A stretch of DNA of 51,201 bases from Candidatus Woesearchaeota archaeon (GCA_018303445.1 JAGVYE010000046.1:1-51201), one strand, 5' to 3'; counted from the first letter of the stretch, positions 35,880-44,165 are shown. Made by a program: numbers and translations. The notes: generated by a model not told the origin, from the sequence alone.

Positions 35880-37304
35880 ATGACAAACCTCCTTTTCATT
35901 GCTATCGATGCTGCCACCTGGAAAGTTATAAACCCCTTAATGCAAAAAGGATCACTTCCAACGATCAGCTCATTAGTAAAAGAAGGTGTTTCTGCTCCAT
36001 TGCAAAGTCTTCCCGGATACAAATCGCCTGCGTTATGGATGAGCATTGCCACTGGAAAAATGCCGGAAAAAACTGGAATAACGTATTTTTCTAATTTGTT
36101 TCTTGACTTGCCAAAAAAAAACTACAAAAAAGACTTAACAAACCATTTTCTTGTAGATTGGCCTTTGCGCCTAGGGAAATTATTTTCTCAAGATCTTAAG
36201 AGTCCCTCCAAAGCAACCATAAAATGTAAGCAGGCATATATTTATTCCATGCTGAAGTACGGAAATCTTTTAGCGAAATGGAATCTGGGAGGAAATTACC
36301 TTATCACCAGTTCTTTTCTCAAGGAGAAAACAATTTGGGATATTCTAAGCGAAGAAAAAATAAGTTGTGGTGTGGTAAGCTGGTTAGTAACATGGCCGGC
36401 TGATCCCGTGTACGGAGCACTGATTTCACAAAAAACGATTGAAGGCTTGCGCGATCTGGAAAACTCAATTTTGCTGTATAAATCAAAAGGCGAAGGAAAT
36501 TTGATGTACCCTGCAACGATGCTTCAAAAAGTAAAGAAATTAAATAAAACACCTTCAGAGATTAATGATACTGAGATTGAAACGTTCTTTGAAAGTCTTA
36601 CTACAGAAGAAAAAGAACAAGTAAAAAGTATGCAGTTTAAGAAAACAAATCTCTTCAATTTTTTTGCTCGTGTGTATCTCAGCGACTGCTTTTCTGGAAA
36701 GTCCGCTCTACACGTAAAAGCAAAGCTCAATCCCCAATTCCTTACTGTCTACTTTCCCGGGCTTGATGGCATCCAGCATATGTTTTGGCAGTATATGAAG
36801 CCAGAAGAATTCCCTTTCATTTCTTACCTTCAAGAAGAGCTAAAAAAATTCGGAAAAGTTATCGAAAAATATTACGCTTTTCTCGATCAGCAGATAAGTA
36901 CACTTATCGATAACGATACCATTGTTATTATTGCTTCAGATCACGGTATGGAAGCCATCCCCCAACAACAATATAATCAGCAAACTCTGCGCTCTGGACA
37001 ACACGAAGATTCCCCCGATGGCGTTTTAATCATGAAAGGCAGTCCTTTAAAGAAAGACTTCAAGCTTGCTTCGGCTCACATTCTAGATCTTGCTCCTACT
37101 GTTCTTTATCTCCTGGGAAAAGAGATTGACGAAGATATGGATGGAAGCATCCTCACAGAAGCAATAGATCCAGACTTTCTCCAGAATAATCCTCCAAAAA
37201 AGAAAAAATATGGAAAACGAGAACCGAAAGAATATTCTTTCTATACGGAAGCTGAAGAACAGAAAGTGAAAGAAAGGTTGAAGGTGCTGGGGTATTTGGA
37301 TTAA
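35880..37304 (+). CDS. alkaline-phosphatase-superfamily type I phosphodiesterase/nucleotide pyrophosphatase-like protein (paralog 1)
   Basis: LLFIAIDAATW (metal Asp), KSPALWMSIATG (nucleophile region) and IIASDHGM. C-terminal tail EEQKVKERLKVLGYLD. Confidence 0.72.
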   Translation: MTNLLFIAIDAATWKVINPLMQKGSLPTISSLVKEGVSAPLQSLPGYKSPALWMSIATGKMPEKTGITYFSNLFLDLPKKNYKKDLTNHFLVDWPLRLGKLFSQDLKSPSKATIKCKQAYIYSMLKYGNLLAKWNLGGNYLITSSFLKEKTIWDILSEEKISCGVVSWLVTWPADPVYGALISQKTIEGLRDLENSILLYKSKGEGNLMYPATMLQKVKKLNKTPSEINDTEIETFFESLTTEEKEQVKSMQFKKTNLFNFFARVYLSDCFSGKSALHVKAKLNPQFLTVYFPGLDGIQHMFWQYMKPEEFPFISYLQEELKKFGKVIEKYYAFLDQQISTLIDNDTIVIIASDHGMEAIPQQQYNQQTLRSGQHEDSPDGVLIMKGSPLKKDFKLASAHILDLAPTVLYLLGKEIDEDMDGSILTEAIDPDFLQNNPPKKKKYGKREPKEYSFYTEAEEQKVKERLKVLGYLD

Positions 37305-38245
37305 GGAATTTTAAACTCATTCATTCTTCTCTCCTTCAATCTCTCAAACATTTCCATAGAGATACCACAATCTCCTAACATAATAGGTCTAATAATTCCA
37401 TGAAAGTCAGACCCGCCAGTTTGTAATAAGCTTTTCTCTTGAGCTAACTTCTGGACCAAGGCATTCTTATGTTGAGATTCTTCCAAAGAAACTCCTTTCG
37501 CATTAACATAATATGGGTAAAACGTTTCAAGCGCATCACCACCACAAGCAACAAAATAGGAAACTAATTCAACAACATCTTCATCTTTATACAAACAAGG
37601 ATGTGCCAAAGAAGCTATACCGCCTGTAGTATGGATGAGACTAATGGCTTCTTTCACTTTGATTTTATCGAGACGGGGAATGTAGGCTGGCTTTCCACTG
37701 CCAATATAGTTTTCAAAGACATCCTGTACGGTTTTAAATTGTTGAGGATATTTCTCAACGAGAATTTTCGCAATGTGAGGCCTGCCAAAGGCTACACCAA
37801 CACGAGCGGCAACTTCTTCAAAAGTTATATCAAACCCAAAACTCTGTAATTTTTCGATCATTTTCTGTTCTCGTTCTTTTCGTTTCTCTAAGAGATGAAC
37901 AAGACGTTTTCGTAATACTTCGTTACGATGATCGATAAACAAACCAAGGATATGGACTTCTTCAAAGCCTCTCGGCAATTCTTCGCAACTAAACTCAATT
38001 CCTTGAACAATAAGAAGAGGTTTGTTCTTGGTGTAGTCAATGGCAAAAGGAAGAGCATCGACTGTGTCATGATCAGTTATCGCTAAGGCAGAAAGACGGC
38101 GCTGCAAGGCCAAATCGATGAGTTCTTTTGGTGTAAGTGTTCCATCTGAAGTAGTGGTGTGAGAATGTAAGTCCGCAAGTTCTTCCGAGAGGATAGGAAG
38201 ATTCTGTAACTTTTGGAAATACTCTTTCCTTTCTTGCTCATTCAT
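37301..38245 (-). CDS. PHP-domain metal-dependent phosphoesterase (TrpH/YciV-like)
   Basis: ADLHSHTTTSDGTLTP, ALAITDHDT, SLAHP and GGSDFHG, the His/Asp motifs of the PHP fold. Confidence 0.85.
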   Translation of the reverse strand: MNEQERKEYFQKLQNLPILSEELADLHSHTTTSDGTLTPKELIDLALQRRLSALAITDHDTVDALPFAIDYTKNKPLLIVQGIEFSCEELPRGFEEVHILGLFIDHRNEVLRKRLVHLLEKRKEREQKMIEKLQSFGFDITFEEVAARVGVAFGRPHIAKILVEKYPQQFKTVQDVFENYIGSGKPAYIPRLDKIKVKEAISLIHTTGGIASLAHPCLYKDEDVVELVSYFVACGGDALETFYPYYVNAKGVSLEESQHKNALVQKLAQEKSLLQTGGSDFHGIIRPIMLGDCGISMEMFERLKERRMNEFKIP

Positions 38246-38870
38246 GATTCATCAACTCAATCAATTTTCTTGACAAGTATTCAAATCTTTCGGAAGGAAG
38301 AATCTTTTTTCGTATCGGCATCATACGCACAAATTCCCCTTTCTCATCACGTTCTATTTCTTTTCGTTCGAATGAACTGTCAACTGTAGATGGTTGCCCT
38401 AAGAGACCACGAAAAGGGAATAATTTTAAGTGAAGGTGTTCTTTTTTTTCTTTCCACGTGGTGCATTTTCCATACGTAGCAAGGGATATTCCCGTTTCCC
38501 GCGTTTCCGAAAGGGCTTTAAATTGAGGATTTTCTAGCATTATTGTTGTCATAGCAGAACAGGCATTTGCCAGAATAATTCCATAATTTTTTGCCAACTC
38601 GGAGTTAAGAGAGAGTTGGCTAAAGTGAGTGAAATGAAGTTGTGTCATCAGTTGGATGGTAAAGTCCTCCTCTGGATTTCCTCCAGTTTTTGGTGAGAGT
38701 GTGGCAAACCAGCCGTTTTCTGTAGATCCTATTTTACAAACGATGACGGAGTTGTATTTTGCCGTTGAACCAACACCCATAGTACTTTCTTGACAAATAT
38801 TACAGTCTTCTCGCAAAGATGTGTTTTCGTGGTGCAGTTTTTGTAGCTCTAAGGGGAGATTCTTATTCAT
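38238..38870 (-). CDS. HIT-superfamily-like protein with degenerate histidine triad
   Basis: N-terminal CNICQE (compare C-x-F-C of HIT proteins) and EHLHLKLFP where HIT proteins have H-phi-H-phi-H-phi-phi. By-eye assignment only. Confidence 0.42.
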   Translation of the reverse strand: MNKNLPLELQKLHHENTSLREDCNICQESTMGVGSTAKYNSVIVCKIGSTENGWFATLSPKTGGNPEEDFTIQLMTQLHFTHFSQLSLNSELAKNYGIILANACSAMTTIMLENPQFKALSETRETGISLATYGKCTTWKEKKEHLHLKLFPFRGLLGQPSTVDSSFERKEIERDEKGEFVRMMPIRKKILPSERFEYLSRKLIELMNHE

Positions 38871-38873
38871 ATT

Positions 38874-39846
38874 TCATTCCTTTAATTTAATGAATTCTTC
38901 TTCTCTTCGATCTGAAATATAAGCATCAAGATAGCCAACAACAACACGGTGATACTTTTCGCCATTTTTAGGGATGACTTTTTCCAAAATTCCCCTAGCT
39001 TCGATTTTCTCCCCAGGAAAAGCCACCATACAATAATCACGATTGTAAAAAACTATTTTTTTAATATTTTCTTTGTTTTCTCCTCTCATCACGATAACGT
39101 CGCTAACTTCATAACATCCTGGGCGCACGACACTGCTCTTATTATCAACAACCGTTGCTTGAACCGTAACTAATCCTTGTTCTTGGTATTGTTCTTCTCC
39201 CCACTTGAACCAAACTTCTTCTTCTTTTTCTGCTGCGAAAATATTCCTGCCATTCTTCGTCGCTCTTCCAGCGAAGTGAAGGATGCTGTACTTTTTCCAT
39301 AAAAGACATCAATTTCCAAAATTGTTCTTTTCCATAGACGACAATATTAATGTCTGAAATATTTTGCATATAATGCCCCATCAGCGTTGAATACGTGACG
39401 CCAAGATCTTTCAGACGTAAGCCACTTTGCACGAGAAGTTGGACAAATTGATAGACATTCCGAAGATGGGGATCCAAGGCTTCCAAAGGCATGCTCATGA
39501 GTTCTTTTAATCCCCTTCGGGGAAAGTAAATGCGTTCTATCTGCTCAATGGGAACAGCAAAAAATAGGCGATGGGAATCATGGAAGGAACTTTTATAGAG
39601 GTAATAGGGATATGCTATTGTGAAATTTTCAATGTATTGCCGCAATCCTTCTTTTTCCACCCAAAAGTTAAGGCGATTCATCTTTCTGCTGGAGATAAAG
39701 CGATACGGTAAAACGGAAGATTCGATTTTATCAGTGGGGATGTATTTTGGCTTCACGAGAACGGCTTCTTTTGGATGCTCATTTCCATACACTTGGCAAT
39801 GAAGCCCATCTTTAGTAGTGATTATTGATGATTCATAGAAATGCAT
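38874..39846 (-). pseudogene. degenerate, frameshifted paralog of the nucleotidyltransferase/beta-rich-domain gene at 39822-40877
   Basis: The two ORFs 39145-39846 and 38874-39128 align end to end with the upstream paralog. The frame changes (+1) at the A4/T4 run at 39238-39241. About 33 aa are missing relative to the paralog. The NTase motif reads SDINIVVYG (D to N). Confidence 0.65.
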
Positions 39847-40877
39847 CTTAGGCGGTAGTAAAGCTCTCCTGCTTTGGGTGTTACTAATTCCAAAAGACCG
39901 CACGCTTTCAATGTTTCTCCCGTTACTGCTTGTTGAACGAAAGGAATAGAATATGTAACAACTCGTCGAAGAGGAACATTTTTATCGATTGATTTTCCTG
40001 GCTCTATCTCCAAGACTTCTCCCTCTACAAGTTCATAATACCCCGGACGAACATGACTGTTATAGTGATCGACTACTTTCCCCTGAATCGTAGCTACACC
40101 AAGGGGTTGATATCTTTCCTCTCCCCATCTAAACCAAGTTTCATCTCGCTCCTCAGAAGTGAACAGGGTGAATACTGTACCGCCAAATGTTCCTTCGTAA
40201 TTTTTTCGAATCATATGGCGAACGTATTCATCTTCGGTGAAATGTTTTGACTCAGACGTTTTATGTTCCTGATAGTATTGACGCCATTGCTCTTCTGTTT
40301 TCCATTTTAATAATGGATGGGTTGCAGTCTGAAGATAATTTAAAATTTTCCAACCATTTTCTTTCCCATAAATAATAATATCAATATCTGAAGTTCCAGG
40401 AGTGTAATTCCCCAGTAAAGTTGAATGAGTGATGCCTAAATCTGTTGTCGGGACGCCACTTTTCTTGAGAAATTCAATGAGTTCACGCACTAAAATTAAG
40501 TATGAATCTAAATCTTTTTTTGGTATTTGAAGGAGTTCCTGCAATCCTTTTCGTCCATCATGTATAGTTTTAATTTTATCAAAAGGAATGACAAAAAACC
40601 AGTTATGGTGGAGAGGGCAATCGTAAATATAATCCGAAAATTTTTTGCGAAATTGAGAGACATAATTTTGTAGTTTTTCCTTCGAAACAAAGAGATTAAA
40701 GCGAACCAGGCATTTTTCAAATAAGAAGCGATATTTTAAACCGTCACCCTCCAAAGCACTTTTAGGGATATACTTAGGTTTAACAATAATATACCCCGGA
40801 GGATGTTCACTGGCATAGGATTTACATTGGAACCCATCAATCGTATCAATAAGAGTAGATTCAGGAAAATAAACCAT
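39822..40877 (-). CDS. Pol-beta-superfamily-type nucleotidyltransferase with C-terminal beta-rich (OB/TRAM-like?) domain, uncharacterised family
   Basis: LGITHSTLLGNYTPGTSDIDIIIYG fits the hG[GS]-x(n)-D-h-D-h minimal NTase motif. The C-terminal ~90 aa (VRPGYYELVEGEV...GETLKACGLLELV) look like a small beta-barrel. 17-nt overlap with the upstream gene. Confidence 0.55.
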   Translation of the reverse strand: MVYFPESTLIDTIDGFQCKSYASEHPPGYIIVKPKYIPKSALEGDGLKYRFLFEKCLVRFNLFVSKEKLQNYVSQFRKKFSDYIYDCPLHHNWFFVIPFDKIKTIHDGRKGLQELLQIPKKDLDSYLILVRELIEFLKKSGVPTTDLGITHSTLLGNYTPGTSDIDIIIYGKENGWKILNYLQTATHPLLKWKTEEQWRQYYQEHKTSESKHFTEDEYVRHMIRKNYEGTFGGTVFTLFTSEERDETWFRWGEERYQPLGVATIQGKVVDHYNSHVRPGYYELVEGEVLEIEPGKSIDKNVPLRRVVTYSIPFVQQAVTGETLKACGLLELVTPKAGELYYRLRCISMNHQ

Positions 40878-42258
40878 ATGTAAAAACCTCCAATGGTTTA
40901 ACTTTTAGATCTGAAGGAATGGGAACTTGAAGGATTTTCATAACGGTAGGAGCGACTTGGCAAATGTCGATATCTGGCATCATTCCTTTCTTTTTAATCT
41001 TTTTACCACTTATAACGAAAAAGCCTTGTCGGGAATGGCCAGCACTGTCTGCACCCATAGCACTTTCCCAGGAATAAAGCCCTGAAAGACCTAAATCAGG
41101 GTTTGAAGCCCAGCGAAGATCGTCAAAGTACACGGTTAAGTCCGGACAGTTTGGATCAGAGGTGTTTTTGTAAATATCTTCTGCTTTGTATACTTTTGTA
41201 TCAAGGGGATTACCTTTGTCATCAGGGATGGATTTAAGCTTTTGAATAATTTCTTCACTAATTTTAGGATAACGTGATCCAACAATTTGTTTATTGATGA
41301 AAACTCTAGCATTGTATGCTCCACTACCATAGGCAATCGTTTTTTCCATATTTATGAAAGAGCTGCTAAAACGCTGCTTTTGAGAAAGATCAACATCTTT
41401 GTGAAGAACCAAATAGCCTTGTTCTATCAGCCAATTGTTGATGTTTATTTTTCCTTCTTGCTTGATCATGCCATGGTCAGAAGCGACGATGATAACAGTA
41501 TCATCATCGAGTGCGGAGAGAAGTTCGCCCAATTTTGCGTCTATGTAAATATAATAATTCTTAATGGCATCGTGGTAAGGAGAATTGGCAATAAAACGGC
41601 GATGGGTTTCATCAAAATGGCGCCAGAGCATATGTTGCAAGCGATCTGTTCCTAACATCACGGCCATAAAAAAATCCCATTTCTCATTATGAAAGAGATC
41701 TTTTAATAAAGTAAATTGCATGTCTGTCATCAGGTAAGCACGTTTAATGAGATCTTCCGGATCGAGATGTTTATGCTCTGCTAAACCTGCAACAACGTCA
41801 AAGAAAACTTCTGTGTTGCCTAATTTCTTTATTTTTTCTTTTAATGATTCTGGATATGCGCAGTTGCTTTCAATATCGGGAGTTAAGAAATCGCTGACGA
41901 GACAGCCGCGGATAGGATGTACAGGATACGATAGAGGAACAAAGAGACCAATACTGCGTTTATTATATTCCCCGATAATGTCCCACATAACTTTACATCG
42001 GAGATTTTGTGAACTTACTAAGCGAGTTTCTCCTGAAGGTGTTTTGTAAGTATAACTGAAAACACCCAGTTCACTGGTATCTCTCCCAGAAATCATCGAA
42101 TTCCAAGCGACGATGGTATTGGGAGGAATAGTGCTGTTCATTCTGGCATAGGAGCCGTTTTCCATAAGTTTCTTTATGTTCGGAAGAAGATCACGCCATT
42201 TTTCAAAGACGAGAGAAGGTTCTCCTCCGTCCATGCCAAACAAAAGAACTTTCGTCAT
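40861..42258 (-). CDS. alkaline-phosphatase-superfamily type I phosphodiesterase/nucleotide pyrophosphatase-like protein (paralog 2)
   Basis: VLLFGMDGGEP, STIPPNTIVAWNSMISG and IVASDHGM. Lacks the LGY tail seen in paralog 1. Confidence 0.72.
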   Translation of the reverse strand: MTKVLLFGMDGGEPSLVFEKWRDLLPNIKKLMENGSYARMNSTIPPNTIVAWNSMISGRDTSELGVFSYTYKTPSGETRLVSSQNLRCKVMWDIIGEYNKRSIGLFVPLSYPVHPIRGCLVSDFLTPDIESNCAYPESLKEKIKKLGNTEVFFDVVAGLAEHKHLDPEDLIKRAYLMTDMQFTLLKDLFHNEKWDFFMAVMLGTDRLQHMLWRHFDETHRRFIANSPYHDAIKNYYIYIDAKLGELLSALDDDTVIIVASDHGMIKQEGKININNWLIEQGYLVLHKDVDLSQKQRFSSSFINMEKTIAYGSGAYNARVFINKQIVGSRYPKISEEIIQKLKSIPDDKGNPLDTKVYKAEDIYKNTSDPNCPDLTVYFDDLRWASNPDLGLSGLYSWESAMGADSAGHSRQGFFVISGKKIKKKGMMPDIDICQVAPTVMKILQVPIPSDLKVKPLEVFTYGLFS

Positions 42259-42259
42259 T

Positions 42260-42439
42260 TTAATCTATATATCCTAAGCTACGCAAGCGTTCTTTGACTT
42301 TTTCTTCATCATTCTCTGTATAGGGTTGATTTTCTTGCAGGTCTTTTTCGATGAGTGTGAGGAGATAGTGTGAAATCGATTGATTTCCAATCTTCTTTTG
42401 GATACGCTCAAGAACTTCTGAAGGAAGGAGAATTTCCAT
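42260..42439 (-). CDS. 59-aa ribbon-helix-helix-like protein with C-terminal KVKERLRSLGYID tail (below the ORF-track size cut-off)
   Basis: My translation: MEILLPSEVLERIQKKIGNQSISHYLLTLIEKDLQENQPYTENDEEKVKERLRSLGYID. GGTGG lies 8 nt upstream of the ATG. The stop is 1 nt from the next start. The tail matches the C-terminus of the 35880-37304 protein. Confidence 0.5.
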   Translation of the reverse strand: MEILLPSEVLERIQKKIGNQSISHYLLTLIEKDLQENQPYTENDEEKVKERLRSLGYID

Positions 42440-42634
42440 GATAAACCACCTTTGATGACTGCTGAAAGAGGCTTTTTAAAGGTTGTTAATCTATGGTTCA
42501 GGTTTATTATTCTCTAATTACTTTCTCCGTAGAATTTTTTGCCGTTTCTATAAAATGAAAGGGGTTCAAAATCCTAGAAATTATCAGAAGATAGTTACGA
42601 AACCTTTAAAACCAAAAATAGTATTCTCTGAAAA

Positions 42635-43015
42635 GTGGGCATTTTAAACAAAGTAATGTTTTGGAAAAAAGATGATGATTTTGATTTTGACCACCTTGCA
42701 GATAAAGAGCTGGGTGGTCACAACACTTCCTTGCAAGAAGATTTAGGATTAGAAGAAAAATCTCTCTTCCCGGAAGAACCATCATTTGAACCACAGTCCA
42801 TACCACGAAGTCCTTTAGAACAGGCACAGTTCGCCCCTCTTACACAAGCCAAACCATCCTTTCGAGAATCCCCACAACAACAGTTTAGTTCACGAGATCT
42901 GGAGCTTATTAGCAGCAAGTTGGATACGATTAAAGCCATGCTCAGTTCTCTCGAACAAAGGATGACGCAAGTTGAGAAAGCAGTAGGAGCGGAACAAAAG
43001 TCGCGTCTTTGGTAA
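42635..43015 (+). CDS. hypothetical protein: acidic, probably disordered N-terminal part plus C-terminal coiled coil
   Basis: GTG start (alternative ATG at 42656). DLELISSKLDTIKAMLSSLEQRMTQVEKAV is heptad-like. The stop overlaps the lspA start. Confidence 0.42.
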   Translation: MGILNKVMFWKKDDDFDFDHLADKELGGHNTSLQEDLGLEEKSLFPEEPSFEPQSIPRSPLEQAQFAPLTQAKPSFRESPQQQFSSRDLELISSKLDTIKAMLSSLEQRMTQVEKAVGAEQKSRLW

Positions 43016-43449
43016 TGATGAAAAAAAATTTTGTTTTCTTTTTTGTGTGTGTAGCAGTTCTTGTTTTTCTTCTCGACCAAGCTTTAAAATATTGGGTATT
43101 AGTCTTTTTGCCAGAATGGCAAAGGGGAATATTAAACATTCATTTTGTAAAAAATACCGGGGCAGGATTTGGAATTTTACAGGGACAGCCCTTGTTTCTA
43201 GGAATTATTTCTTTGGTGGTAGCGATTCTCGTGATAATTAATTATGCCAAAATTGGAAAGGAAATAGTTCCGCAATTACTCTGGGCGTTTTTTTTAGGAG
43301 GAGTGATGGGAAATCTTGCAGATAGAATTTGGAGAAGATACGTTATTGACTTTATTGACTTTTCTTTCTGGCCGGCATTTAATGTGGCAGATGCGGCATT
43401 GACAGTAGCGGTGATAGGGTTAATAGTATATTATTATTGGAAGAGATAA
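43015..43449 (+). CDS. lspA: lipoprotein signal peptidase (signal peptidase II)
   Basis: NTGAGFG, GGVMGNLADR and PAFNVADAAL (both catalytic Asp motifs). Four TM helices, about 145 aa. Confidence 0.85.
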   Translation: MMKKNFVFFFVCVAVLVFLLDQALKYWVLVFLPEWQRGILNIHFVKNTGAGFGILQGQPLFLGIISLVVAILVIINYAKIGKEIVPQLLWAFFLGGVMGNLADRIWRRYVIDFIDFSFWPAFNVADAALTVAVIGLIVYYYWKR

Positions 43450-43459
43450 TAATTAAAAT

Positions 43460-43524
43460 ATGATTTTTCCACCAGTGTATGGTTCCACTGGTGGCGTAGC
43501 CCTCACTTTAATTGGAAAAATCAT
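43460..43524. other. nested inverted repeats (possible structured RNA or bidirectional terminator) between convergent genes
   Basis: Outer 12-bp perfect inverted repeat ATGATTTTTCCA / TGGAAAAATCAT encloses an 8-bp perfect hairpin CACCAGTG-TATGGTTC-CACTGGTG. Confidence 0.4.
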
Positions 43525-43622
43525 GGTCGAAAAACCGCCCCGAGCGGAGCGACAGAGAGATCCTAAACTCCGATTAAAGAACACGCTATGAGCATCAAAG
43601 AATAGATTTTCTCAGATCTCTT

Positions 43623-44132
43623 TTAGCGGACATCACACACTTTCGCCGCTATTTTCTTTGAAAGATACAATATCGAGATAAAAAGAGCAAAAACGGCAAT
43701 AACTCCTAATTCCAAGCCTTTAAAAGGTAATATTGCTAAAAAACTTCCTACCCCTAACACACTGAGCAAACCGATGGCACAGGAAGGGCACGCCGGCGCG
43801 ATAACCCCTGCTAAGATACTTAAAGAGCTCATTCCCACCTTTGCCGTTGCCTGCCTTTTTACCAGAAAAATCGTCATTGATAAAACAATACCCGCAAGAA
43901 GAGACATCAACACCAGTAAAAGCAAAGAAATTATGTTTATGGAACTTAACGTCCCTCGTACTAAAGATAAAGTCAATAAAAATGAAAACGAAGAAGAAAA
44001 AATTATTCTATAATTATTAATGAGGGCATTAAACAATATCAGAAAGGTGGCAAAGCCTAAAGTTGCCATTATATACGCCGGAGAGATATATACCTCTTTT
44101 AGCGCGTCCCGAAGCTGTCGAAATGAATCCAT
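43623..44132 (-). CDS. polytopic membrane protein with intramembrane CPSC motif (candidate redox partner of the adjacent DsbA-like protein)
   Basis: 4-5 TM helices. GVIAPACPSCAIGLLSVLG lies inside a hydrophobic segment. Immediately downstream of the DsbA-like gene on the same strand. Confidence 0.5.
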   Translation of the reverse strand: MDSFRQLRDALKEVYISPAYIMATLGFATFLILFNALINNYRIIFSSSFSFLLTLSLVRGTLSSINIISLLLLVLMSLLAGIVLSMTIFLVKRQATAKVGMSSLSILAGVIAPACPSCAIGLLSVLGVGSFLAILPFKGLELGVIAVFALFISILYLSKKIAAKVCDVR

Positions 44133-44165
44133 TTATGAAGTAAAAAGAAGTAAAAATAAAAAGCT

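Noticed and set aside
35821-35883. 20-codon upstream ORF (MKKIKLLEILKNYHPPELLS) whose TGA overlaps the AlkP paralog-1 ATG
   Set aside because: It is short and AT-rich with no detectable motif. The ATGA overlap is suggestive, but such ORFs arise easily by chance in AT-rich spacers. It is not reported as a feature.
41287-42049. Plus-strand ORFs 41287-41655 and 41747-42049
   Set aside because: Antisense to the AlkP paralog-2 gene, which has the conserved metal/nucleophile motifs. No supporting signals.
42718-43139. Minus-strand ORFs 42718-43080 and 42942-43139
   Set aside because: Antisense to the 126-aa ORF and to lspA, which has clear catalytic motifs. There is no motif and the composition is that of a shadow frame.
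43540-43560. Apparent similarity between the GC-rich patch CCGAGCGGAGCGACAGAGAG and the hairpin element at 36-60 (CCGTAGCGAAGCGGAGGAG)
   Set aside because: The match is short, gapped and made of low-complexity GCG/GAG repeats. It is not enough to claim a shared repeat or MITE family without a genome-wide search.
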